Positions 11,839-19,924 of a stretch of 49,059 nucleotides of DNA are shown here, in pieces; position 1 is the first letter of the stretch, and each line of letters opens with the position of its first letter. Under the pieces are notes generated by a model, which was not told where the DNA came from, did no database searches, and saw only the letters and a program-made list of their open reading frames with translations. The position numbers and the translations under genes were made by a program. Source of the DNA: Vampirovibrionales bacterium (GTDB lineage Bacteria > Cyanobacteriota > Vampirovibrionia > Vampirovibrionales > JAJTHC01); the NCBI GenBank assembly GCA_035285385.1, contig JAYKJM010000002.1, positions 1-49,059 on the forward strand, written 5' to 3'.

Positions 11839-12610
11839 GGATTCGGACTCTTTTTTTAAGCTGCCTCGAGGGCTGATTATTTCTAGCCAGGCCAGCTTGG
11901 GTGAGCCGCTCAATGACCCAGAGATGCTAGCGGCCATGGCAGAAAGCGGTATTTTGGGTGGGGCTGTTGCCGCCCGATTAGAAGGGGTAGAGAGTATTCG
12001 TGCCTTTAAGCGCCGCCGCCCGGATATCCCCGTCATTGGGCTGATTAAAACCACCCCGCCTCTGGCTGTGGCCTTGTTGGATGCGGTCTATATTACGCCC
12101 TCTATTCACGAGGTTCAACTGCTCATTGAGGCTGGTGCAGACTGGATAGCTCTGGATGCGACCCACCGAGAGCATGCGCTGCCGCTCAGTAACGCCGGGC
12201 GGGTTGCGTTATTGCTTGACGACGCCAGGTGTGCCATTCTTGATTCTGGCCGAAACATTGGCCTCTGGGCAGATTGTGCCAGCCTCAGGGATGGCCTAAG
12301 TGCCATTGACCTTGGCTTTGATGTGGTGTCGACCACACTCAGTGGCTACACACGTGAGACGGTCGCCTCGGCTGCAGAGCCTGAGCCTGGGCCAGATTTT
12401 CATCTGCTGTCTGCCTTGGTGCAGTCTGTGCAAGCAAATCAACATAGCACTCAGGTTGTTCTTGAGGGCCGTGTGTGGGAGCCATGGCAGGTGCGAGAAG
12501 CGTTTGATTTGGGGGCACATGCGGTGGTGGTGGGCTCTGCCATTACGCGCCCCATTTTAATGAGCCGACGGTTTTGCAATGCCGCTCTTGGTGAGAAAAT
12601 TGCCAGATGA
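11828..12610 (+). CDS. nanE: N-acetylmannosamine-6-phosphate 2-epimerase
   Basis: GLIISSQASLGEPL..GGAVAARLEG..PVIGLIK..WIALDAT..VVSTTLSGYT..VVLEGRV..GAHAVVVGSAITRP follows the NanE pattern. ATG at 11828 (MVSKDS) within ORF 11747..12610. Confidence 0.8.
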   Translation: MVSKDSDSFFKLPRGLIISSQASLGEPLNDPEMLAAMAESGILGGAVAARLEGVESIRAFKRRRPDIPVIGLIKTTPPLAVALLDAVYITPSIHEVQLLIEAGADWIALDATHREHALPLSNAGRVALLLDDARCAILDSGRNIGLWADCASLRDGLSAIDLGFDVVSTTLSGYTRETVASAAEPEPGPDFHLLSALVQSVQANQHSTQVVLEGRVWEPWQVREAFDLGAHAVVVGSAITRPILMSRRFCNAALGEKIAR

Positions 12611-13683
12611 TGACATTGACGTTACCCGATGGCTTTGATCACTCTCTGGCCTTAAGGAGCTTGCGCTCGGCCCTCAACCATCATCGGCTCTCCCATGCCT
12701 ACGCGTGGCTCAGTGACGATACCCCGTCTTTGTATCAAACAGCACTCTGGCTTTCGGCTCGGCTTAATTGTCATCATCCTCACGATGATGCACCCTGCTT
12801 GAGCTGTCGGCCTTGTCGATGGATTGCCCAGAACGCTCACCCTGAAGTTATGACGATTAGCCCCGTTACGTATCTTGAGGAAGAGAGCAAGAAAAAAACA
12901 CCTGTGATTGATGTTAAACAGGCCAAACACTTGTTGCATCAACTGTCAACGGTTTCAACGGAGGGCTGGCGCGTGGTTATTTTTACCAGCGGCTTGCTTT
13001 GCAATGCAGAGGATACCCCTGATGCTAGCCTTGTGTTTCCTGTCGGGCCACTCAAGGGCTTTATGCCTTTTGCTTTGTCGCGGGAGACCTTGAAGGCAGA
13101 CGTGGCGAATCGGTTGCTCAAGACCATTGAAGAGCCTGGTGATCGAACCCTGTTTCTATTTCTGACAGACGCTCCTCAAGGGCTCTTGCCCACGGTGGCG
13201 TCTCGATGCCAGTTTTTGAGATTTCCATCCGTGGCGCATCGCCTCGGCGTGTCACAGCCCATGGAAGCTATTGACAATTTCGACAAAACGGATAATCAGC
13301 TTGCCATGCAAACCCTTCTTCAGCAGATTGTGGCTGGCACCGACCGTGCTAACAAAGCCCAGGATCCTGAATGGATTGCGATGCAGTGGGTAAAGTCCTA
13401 TGACTCCCCCCAGCGTGTGCGAGAGCAGGCTCAAAAACTTTTATTGGCTTTTCAAAAGGATATTTGGCTGAAGCATCGGCCTCAGGGCGTTTTTACGGAT
13501 GAAGCCTCACAACGGTTTAATGCTATCCAGCAAACACTGGCGCATATTGAATTGGCAAAACGTCAGATTCATGCCAACGTTTCGGTGGATGCTGTTTTAG
13601 GGGCACTGCTGAGCACGTTACTTTATCCTGAAGTCAGTGAGAGTTTCCCAAGGCTTTCATTGGAAGCGCTCGACGCGTTATAA
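12607..13683 (+). CDS. holB: DNA polymerase III delta-prime subunit
   Basis: RLSHAYAW.., zinc module CLSCRPCRWIAQNAHPEV, ANRLLKTIEEPGDRTLFLFLT, TVASRCQFLRF (SRC motif). The start overlaps the nanE stop (ATGA). Confidence 0.75.
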   Translation: MMTLTLPDGFDHSLALRSLRSALNHHRLSHAYAWLSDDTPSLYQTALWLSARLNCHHPHDDAPCLSCRPCRWIAQNAHPEVMTISPVTYLEEESKKKTPVIDVKQAKHLLHQLSTVSTEGWRVVIFTSGLLCNAEDTPDASLVFPVGPLKGFMPFALSRETLKADVANRLLKTIEEPGDRTLFLFLTDAPQGLLPTVASRCQFLRFPSVAHRLGVSQPMEAIDNFDKTDNQLAMQTLLQQIVAGTDRANKAQDPEWIAMQWVKSYDSPQRVREQAQKLLLAFQKDIWLKHRPQGVFTDEASQRFNAIQQTLAHIELAKRQIHANVSVDAVLGALLSTLLYPEVSESFPRLSLEALDAL

Positions 13684-13785
13684 TTGAGTTTAAAGTAAAT
13701 TACGCTCGCCCCCCTCTTTCGGGCATGAAGCTGTTGGTGATTATTTTTGGTTTTGAATCAAAACATTTTTTGAAAGTAATTTTTT

Positions 13786-14694
13786 ATGCCACTTTCCTTT
13801 GCGGACCGCACTCGAAAAACGGTGCTCTCCAAGCGTTTACGCCGATTTTTTGACCTTAATACAGACTTGGGGCAGGCGCAAGATGCCGAATTTTTTGCCA
13901 ACCCGGACAACAGCCTCTTGCGCTTGGTAAGCACGGTGAACATTCCCTGTTGTGTCCATGATGGCGAGCCGGATGCTGTCATGCGCGCCATTGAGCTGGC
14001 TAAATCGTATAATTGCTCAGTGGCGGCTCATATTGGATACCCGGATCCCTTGCATCAAGGCTATCAATCAATGGCCAACATGAGCCCGCAAGCACTCTCT
14101 GCCTGGATATTGTTACAGGTGGGTGCCATGCAGGCGATGTTGAAAACGTTTGACTTGCCTTTGGAGGTGGTTCGCCCTCATGGTGCCCTTTACTGGGATA
14201 TGGCCACTCAGCCGCATGTGGCCAAAACGGTGGCTCAAACCCTAGCCCGTCTCGATCGCTGGCTGTTTTTGGTGGCGCCTGTGTGCCCCCAATTACAACA
14301 ACTTTCCGAACAAGAAGGTATCAGAATTGCGCCAGAAGCGGTTTTGGGTAAACGGTATCGATCGGATGGACTGCCGATGCTGATGAAAGATGCCGCCTTC
14401 TCTGACTTGGATGCGGATCTGCCACCGGCAGCAACGCTCGAGCAGGCCAAGCAGCTTTTGCGAAATAATCAGCTGACCAGCTACGATGGCCAGTCGATTG
14501 CGGCCAACGCACAGACGCTGCATATCAGCCCGCGAATGAAAAGTGCCGTGGGCATTGCCGAGCGTGTTGTCGCGATGCTGGGGCAGCCGATTCCATTGAG
14601 TGCGGCGGCTGTGGGTACCAGTGGCTGGCTGGATAATACCGAACCCGCTGAAGAAACCCGCCCCTGGCTTTGCGGGGTGGATACCTATTTATGA
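13786..14694 (+). CDS. LamB/YcsF family protein (5-oxoprolinase subunit A-like)
   Basis: DLNTDLGQ..VSTVNIPCCVHDGEPDAVMRAIELAK..VAAHIGYPD..VRPHGALY matches the PxpA/LamB-YcsF N-terminal pattern. No pxpB or pxpC nearby. Confidence 0.75.
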   Translation: MPLSFADRTRKTVLSKRLRRFFDLNTDLGQAQDAEFFANPDNSLLRLVSTVNIPCCVHDGEPDAVMRAIELAKSYNCSVAAHIGYPDPLHQGYQSMANMSPQALSAWILLQVGAMQAMLKTFDLPLEVVRPHGALYWDMATQPHVAKTVAQTLARLDRWLFLVAPVCPQLQQLSEQEGIRIAPEAVLGKRYRSDGLPMLMKDAAFSDLDADLPPAATLEQAKQLLRNNQLTSYDGQSIAANAQTLHISPRMKSAVGIAERVVAMLGQPIPLSAAAVGTSGWLDNTEPAEETRPWLCGVDTYL

Positions 14695-15098
14695 GTTCGG
14701 AAAATACGCTCCAGATTCAACTGCTCACGTTTGGCTACAAGCGCGGGGCTCCCGATAATGTGGCGTTGGTGATGGATGTTCGGTTTCTGAATAATCCGTT
14801 TTATATGCCAGAACTTGAGCCTATGTCTGGACTGGATGCACCCGTGGCCGAATTTATTGCGGGCTTGCCAGAAACAGATGCTGTGTTTGAGCCTTGGCAG
14901 GCCTGGCTTCTGCCGTGGCTTACGGCCTTTGCCCAAAAGGGTCAACGCAGCTTAACGCTTGCTATTGGGTGTACGGGGGGCAAACATCGATCCGTTTATT
15001 GGGCTGAGCGCACCGCCAACTGGTTGAAAGACGTCGACACCATTGCTGCCTTGCCTGTGAGGGTGACGCTCACGCATCGCGATCAGGCGTTTTGGTAG
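14691..15098 (+). CDS. RapZ (YvcJ/UPF0042) C-terminal domain-only protein
   Basis: 135 aa. FGYKRGAPDNVALVMDVRFLNNPFYMPELEPMSGLDAPVAEFI and LTLAIGCTGGKHRSVYWAERTA..THRD align with the C-terminal half of E. coli RapZ. No P-loop N-domain. The ATG overlaps the upstream stop (ATGA). Confidence 0.8.
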   Translation: MSSENTLQIQLLTFGYKRGAPDNVALVMDVRFLNNPFYMPELEPMSGLDAPVAEFIAGLPETDAVFEPWQAWLLPWLTAFAQKGQRSLTLAIGCTGGKHRSVYWAERTANWLKDVDTIAALPVRVTLTHRDQAFW

Positions 15099-15128
15099 GT
15101 TTTTTAGAAACAAGTCGAGTTTTGGACC

Positions 15129-15881
15129 ATGATTTTAGCCCCCTCAGAGGCCGTTCAACGTCAGAATGATGACAGGCACCATCATGTTTATTTGTGGTTA
15201 TGTGCCGTATTTCTCACGGCATTGCTGGTTGCTAACCTGATAGGTTCGCTGCTGTTTTCGTTTCATCTGCCCTTTAAATTTCCAATTCTGGGTAACAAAG
15301 TTCTGCTGTCCGCGGGAATCATTCCATTTCCGATCACGTTTGTACTCACCGATTTGCTCAATGAGTTTTACGGAAAATCGGGCGCACAGCGCGTGACCAT
15401 GATTGGGTTTGTGATGTCTATTGGGGTTTTTTTGTTGCTCTGGATTGGCCAGCAGTTGCCAGTGGATACCGTTTCAAGTTTATCTCATCAGGAGTTTGAC
15501 AAGTTTGCATCGCTGTATACGGCCATGTTTGCGGCCTCCCTGACGGCTTATCTGATAGGGCAAATGTTGGATATTTATCTCTTTAACTGGTTCAAGACCA
15601 TTTGTGGCAATTTACTGTGGTTGCGAGCAACGGGCTCAACCGTGCTTTCACAACTGTTTGATTCGTTGATTGTCACCTCTATTGCTTTTGCAGGCTCTCA
15701 AACCTGGAGTACCATTGCCCACATTGCCATGAGTAATTATGTATGGAAATTTCTTGTGGCACTCTCCTTAACTCCCATTCTCTACTTGGGTCACGCACTA
15801 TTAAAATCCCTCTTGCGTCCTCAACAACGTGCATCGATACAAGCGTTTCATGCCGAGGCAATCCAGTCGGTGAGCGCTTGA
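15129..15881 (+). CDS. yhhQ: Queuosine precursor transporter (YhhQ / DUF165 family)
   Basis: Polytopic. FPITFVLTDLLNEFYG, AYLIGQMLDIYLF, WLRATGSTVLSQLFDSL match the YhhQ family pattern. Confidence 0.7.
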   Translation: MILAPSEAVQRQNDDRHHHVYLWLCAVFLTALLVANLIGSLLFSFHLPFKFPILGNKVLLSAGIIPFPITFVLTDLLNEFYGKSGAQRVTMIGFVMSIGVFLLLWIGQQLPVDTVSSLSHQEFDKFASLYTAMFAASLTAYLIGQMLDIYLFNWFKTICGNLLWLRATGSTVLSQLFDSLIVTSIAFAGSQTWSTIAHIAMSNYVWKFLVALSLTPILYLGHALLKSLLRPQQRASIQAFHAEAIQSVSA

Positions 15882-17704
15882 GTCAGATGGCATGCAAACT
15901 GCTTCGGAAAATCTTGAGCCAAACACAGCGTGGCTTCTTCAGGATGGGTTAAAAACCCCGTCTCAATCAATATGCTCAGTGCCTTGGGGTTTCTGGTGAT
16001 TGCTAAGCTGTTATAGAGCATACTATGGGTGGGCAGATGCAATCGCTTTGGCAAGGTGTCCACAAGGTGGCGGGTTAAATTGGCCGCCCAGGGATGATAA
16101 TAATAGGCGCCAAAGCCTCGCTCTGTGGTCGGGTCGCGCCCATCGGGCAGCGCATTGTGATGCAGGCTTAAAACCAGATGCGCACCGGCGTCATTAAGAC
16201 GTTGAAGCCTGTCAGATAAACTCAAAGTCTCATCCGTGGTGCGTGAACAAACCACCGAAAATCCGGCGGCTCCTAGGGCGTCGCGGGCGGCAAGGGCGAG
16301 TTTTAAATTGAGTGTTTTTTCGGCTGTGCTATCCGCCGCCAGGGCCCCTGTCTCGTTGCCGCCATGGCCCGCGTCGAGGCCTATGATAAAATCTTGCAGG
16401 TTTTTGGGAAGCACACGGATGGTGAGTTGTAAGCCGTCGGGTGTCACGCGGCTGACAATACCGCACAATGGTCGATACACCATGACTTGCAAGCTGACGC
16501 CTTGCGGCTTTGCCTGCCACTGCAGGCAGCCAAGCCAATCTGGCGTGTTGGCATCAAGGTGAATGACATCACATTGGCTTATTGTGTGGTGTAAGCAAAA
16601 TTCCAGGCGAGCCGTATGGCTTGTTAACACTTCCACCTGCCAGGAGATCGAGCCAACGGTTGCCATTGGAATGAGAATTTGGGCGCTATTGGCATCACGC
16701 GAGTCTGTCTGCTCCTCAACCAGTCGAATAGGCTGAGCCGCTATAGAATGTGGGTTTTTTGAATAGATTAGGTCTGCAACACGAACCCACTGGGCAGGCT
16801 TGCTAAATGCAAGGCGTGCGTAGCCGTTTTCTTGTCGATTAAGCCAATGCCAGGTGCCTTGAGGTTGCGGGGTAAGCCGAGCCGCCTCATCATGAGGAGC
16901 CACGCGGGTGAGGGCTTCTGTTTGGGTCACCTGCGCCTCCTCAGGCTGCGGGATGATGGTGATTTGATGGGGGTAGGCGTAACCATGTTCGGGATGGGCG
17001 TTATTAAAGGCTTCCAGCGTAAGCTCGTAAGCCTGTTGCGACGTTGGCAAATTTAACGTTGGCAGCAAAAAAAGCTGTGCTTCGGCAATGGTTGCAGCCC
17101 TTCTGGGTGGCTCGATTTGATGCAAACGGCCAAAAACCAGCGTACGATTGTCCCACAACACGGCATCATCAGGCAGAGCCAGTGGCTTCAGCGTGGCTTG
17201 GCTATAAACCTTTTGCCCTGATTTCAGTCGAACCCCCCATGATGTGCTCGTTGGCACAGCCAACCGGATGAGTAGCCCTTCAGAAGAGGCCTCCAGAGCA
17301 GCGGTATCAAAAGGGTTTAGGCTTAATTTTATCTCCCCTTTAGGCCACAACCACTCGGGTGCTGAGGCGGCGGGTTCAATGGGTGCCAGCCGTATAAATA
17401 GCCGTTTTTGAAGTGCACACAAAGGTTGCCCATTGGCCATGATGAGTTTCAGAGAGACGGCATGAGCCCCTGTTTTGAGTGCTATGGGATGGGCAAAAAA
17501 GCCATTGTGAGGCTCAAAACACTCAACGGTTTGCACCATATTGAGGGCGGGTTGCTCACACAGAAGTGTTGAGCCGGGGGGGAAGCCGCCAACCACTCGT
17601 CCAATCAGAAACGTGGAGGCTTCTGCCGTCTGATGGTTGTTGCCAGGGTAGACCCACTCAATTTGCGGTGTCATAGCAAGAGTCCAAAACCAAGATTCAT
17701 GCAA
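15848..17704 (-). CDS. N-acetylmuramoyl-L-alanine amidase (Amidase_3 C-terminal domain) with a large unknown N-terminal region
   Basis: C-terminal IIGLDAGHGGNETGA..AHLVLSLHHNA..ILIETGFLTHPEE. The first ~430 aa are not recognised. The 3' end overlaps convergent yhhQ by 34 nt. Confidence 0.85.
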   Translation of the reverse strand: MHESWFWTLAMTPQIEWVYPGNNHQTAEASTFLIGRVVGGFPPGSTLLCEQPALNMVQTVECFEPHNGFFAHPIALKTGAHAVSLKLIMANGQPLCALQKRLFIRLAPIEPAASAPEWLWPKGEIKLSLNPFDTAALEASSEGLLIRLAVPTSTSWGVRLKSGQKVYSQATLKPLALPDDAVLWDNRTLVFGRLHQIEPPRRAATIAEAQLFLLPTLNLPTSQQAYELTLEAFNNAHPEHGYAYPHQITIIPQPEEAQVTQTEALTRVAPHDEAARLTPQPQGTWHWLNRQENGYARLAFSKPAQWVRVADLIYSKNPHSIAAQPIRLVEEQTDSRDANSAQILIPMATVGSISWQVEVLTSHTARLEFCLHHTISQCDVIHLDANTPDWLGCLQWQAKPQGVSLQVMVYRPLCGIVSRVTPDGLQLTIRVLPKNLQDFIIGLDAGHGGNETGALAADSTAEKTLNLKLALAARDALGAAGFSVVCSRTTDETLSLSDRLQRLNDAGAHLVLSLHHNALPDGRDPTTERGFGAYYYHPWAANLTRHLVDTLPKRLHLPTHSMLYNSLAITRNPKALSILIETGFLTHPEEATLCLAQDFPKQFACHLTQALTDWIASA

Positions 17705-17752
17705 AATTCAAGATCAACGCCAGCCCGCCGGCAATACTGAGCTGTATGCTCG

Positions 17753-19051
17753 CTATCCCCGTGCATCCACAAGGCCAACCGGAGGGGTCATCAGGAAGTA
17801 TTTGGGCGCTGAATGATACCCAATGCCGCCTAAAATCCGAGCCATCTGATTGACGACCAGTAGCGGGTAGGTTTTAGCCATTGGGAATGAAGCGGAAAAT
17901 TGTTGGAGCTGCTCTTCAACGGCGGTGTTTTCTGCCACGGCGTGGAAAGCCGGATCCAGCGACAGCCAGTTGGTACACTGGTAGCGATACTCTGTGTCGG
18001 CATTAGCGCGGGTAACAGCCACTTGTCTCAAGCCATCAATCGTTAGTTTTGAGGCTCCCAAAAGGCCACCGGTGGCCAACATGCCGGCCATTCCTCGCCA
18101 GTCTCCCAAATGGGCTTTCTCCGTGACCATGGCTTCTAAATCATTGACGGTGACGGATTCTTCGAGTTGTTGCATCTTGCGGGCTTTCGGGGCGAGTTTG
18201 CTCGTTGAATTGCCAGAGGAAGCGGGCATGGCAAGAACGTTTTTAAGGATAATGCCTGCTAAAAAACCTGCGCCAAACAAAACACCCCCAATCATCCAGC
18301 CCAATTCTTTGCCATTGAGCAAGCGAGAGCCTTGCGGCAAATCGGATGGCTCTTTTTCAAGCGGCTGATGACGCCCAAAAGCTGGTTGCATCTTATTTTG
18401 GCCTCGGTGCATGGGCTGATAGGGTAGCAAGGCATCTGAGGCTTCTGGAATGGCGTTTGGCAGACTGGAAGCGCTAAATCCGTGGTGGCTTGCTTGTGCA
18501 CAATGAATCCACTGCCATGGGTTTCTGACGCCCTGTTGCGCAATGAATGCGGCTAACCGATGTTCGGTCTCTTGCATCAAGCGGCTATCGCTTTGTTGCT
18601 TGAGGCGAATGCTTTGTGCAAAGACACGTGTCAGGCGTGCCACTAGCTGGGCGCGAATTTGACTTTCTTCGAGTCTGACCCAAGCCTCCTGAATGCCTTG
18701 CAAGGCAGAGGCGCCTAAGACACCCAAACCTGCCACCAGGGCGTAAATAGCCAATGGCGCCCGAAATTCTGGTGCTTTTTCAAACAGGGTGCCCAAGCTG
18801 TAGAGTGGCTTGTTGAACAGAAATAAAATTTTGGAGACGTCCGATTTTAGCCCCTGCGCCATCTGAGGTGATGATGAGCGCGACGGTATGGGAAGAGCGG
18901 CGCCCGCTGCAAGCCCCGCTGCCAAGAGTGTCATGGCCTGGGTAGCCGACGGCAAGGCAGGCTGTGTGAGGCTCAACACATCTGGTTGTATCTGCTGTGG
19001 CTTCAAGGTAACAACAGAGGGCGCTATGGGTGGCAAGGGTGTGACGGACAT
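17753..19051 (-). CDS. Hypothetical membrane protein
   Basis: 432 aa. Pro/Ser-rich N-terminus and Gly/Ala-rich hydrophobic segments. No family recognised. Lies 48 nt upstream of the amidase on the same strand. Confidence 0.6.
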   Translation of the reverse strand: MSVTPLPPIAPSVVTLKPQQIQPDVLSLTQPALPSATQAMTLLAAGLAAGAALPIPSRSSSPQMAQGLKSDVSKILFLFNKPLYSLGTLFEKAPEFRAPLAIYALVAGLGVLGASALQGIQEAWVRLEESQIRAQLVARLTRVFAQSIRLKQQSDSRLMQETEHRLAAFIAQQGVRNPWQWIHCAQASHHGFSASSLPNAIPEASDALLPYQPMHRGQNKMQPAFGRHQPLEKEPSDLPQGSRLLNGKELGWMIGGVLFGAGFLAGIILKNVLAMPASSGNSTSKLAPKARKMQQLEESVTVNDLEAMVTEKAHLGDWRGMAGMLATGGLLGASKLTIDGLRQVAVTRANADTEYRYQCTNWLSLDPAFHAVAENTAVEEQLQQFSASFPMAKTYPLLVVNQMARILGGIGYHSAPKYFLMTPPVGLVDARG

Positions 19052-19228
19052 CGTGCAAAGTGTACGTCAGTTGATTCAGCGCTGCAACGCGTTTACGTCA
19101 TGCCTCTCGACGGAACGGCCCAAGAAAACGTTACGAAAAAAATACAAAAATAACACCAAATCTAAATAAATTGTTTTTATGCTAATACGAAAGACGCTTC
19201 TCCTTCACTGGCATACTCTCTTCTATCG

Positions 19229-19264
19229 CCCTCAGCGCTTGTTTGCGCCGAGGGTTTTTCTTTT
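19229..19264 (+). terminator. Hairpin plus T-tract oriented on the plus strand, abutting the hisB stop
   Basis: CCCTCAGCGC-ttgttt-GCGCCGAGGG followed by TTTTTCTTTT on the plus strand. On the minus strand (the hisB sense) the stem has no U-tract. Confidence 0.4.
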
Positions 19265-19883
19265 AAATATCCAGTGTCCCTTTGGTGCTCATGACCCCAG
19301 CCTCTAGTGGGCGGGTGGCCTGACGCAAGGCACGCGCAAAGGCTTTAAAGCTGGCTTCAATCATATGATGATCATTGTCCCCCATAGCAACAACGACGTG
19401 CACGGTTGCCAAGGCGCCATCCACAAAGCCTTTATAAAATTCTCTAAATAGTCTTGAATCCAGTGCACCCAAGGGTTGACCGATAAGCGGCACTTGCCAA
19501 TATAAATTCGGTCGCCCGCACAGATCCAGGGCAAGGTTGGCCAGTGTGCCATCCATAGGAAACTGAAAACAACCGGCTCGCTCAATCCCCGAAAATGAAG
19601 CTCCCAAAGCTTTTTTGAGTGCTTGCCCCAGCACAATGCCGGTATCTTCCACCAGGTGATGGGGATCGACGTCAATGTCACCGGTGGCTTTGAGGATGAA
19701 GCCAAAACGCCCATGGGTTGCCAGCGTGTTGAGCATGTGGTTGAGAAACGGTAGCGGACTTTCAATGTGAGCGGGCTCACCAGAGACGACCAAAGGCTCG
19801 TCCAAATTGAGGGTGAGCTCAATTTGGGTTTCACGGGTATTGCGGATAACAGTGGCTTGTCTGGCATTAAGGGACGGGGGCAT
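19263..19883 (-). CDS. hisB: Imidazoleglycerol-phosphate dehydratase (monofunctional)
   Basis: 206 aa. RNTRETQIELTLNLD, HMLNTLATHG, DPHHLVEDTGIVLGQAL, GDNDHHMIEASFKAFARAL. No HAD or histidinol-phosphatase domain. Confidence 0.93.
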   Translation of the reverse strand: MPPSLNARQATVIRNTRETQIELTLNLDEPLVVSGEPAHIESPLPFLNHMLNTLATHGRFGFILKATGDIDVDPHHLVEDTGIVLGQALKKALGASFSGIERAGCFQFPMDGTLANLALDLCGRPNLYWQVPLIGQPLGALDSRLFREFYKGFVDGALATVHVVVAMGDNDHHMIEASFKAFARALRQATRPLEAGVMSTKGTLDI

Positions 19884-19924
19884 TGAAAAATCCTTATGAC
19901 GAAAATTGAAGAGAGTCGTGTTTT

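Noticed and set aside
13749-13770. GTTTTGA-a-TCAAAAC followed by TTTTTT after holB, considered as a terminator.
   Set aside because: The stem is almost entirely A-T and the loop is too small to form, so it is too weak to call.
19361-19867. Long alternative-frame and antisense ORFs inside confident genes. Examples: 19361..19867 in hisB, 1850..2212 in groEL, 5243..5626 in ftsZ, 36689..37060 in the GT-C-like gene, 48410..48784 in mtaB.
   Set aside because: These are shadow ORFs typical of moderately GC-rich coding DNA. Each overlaps a gene with a strong family signature and has a low-complexity Arg/Ala/Pro/Ser-rich composition.
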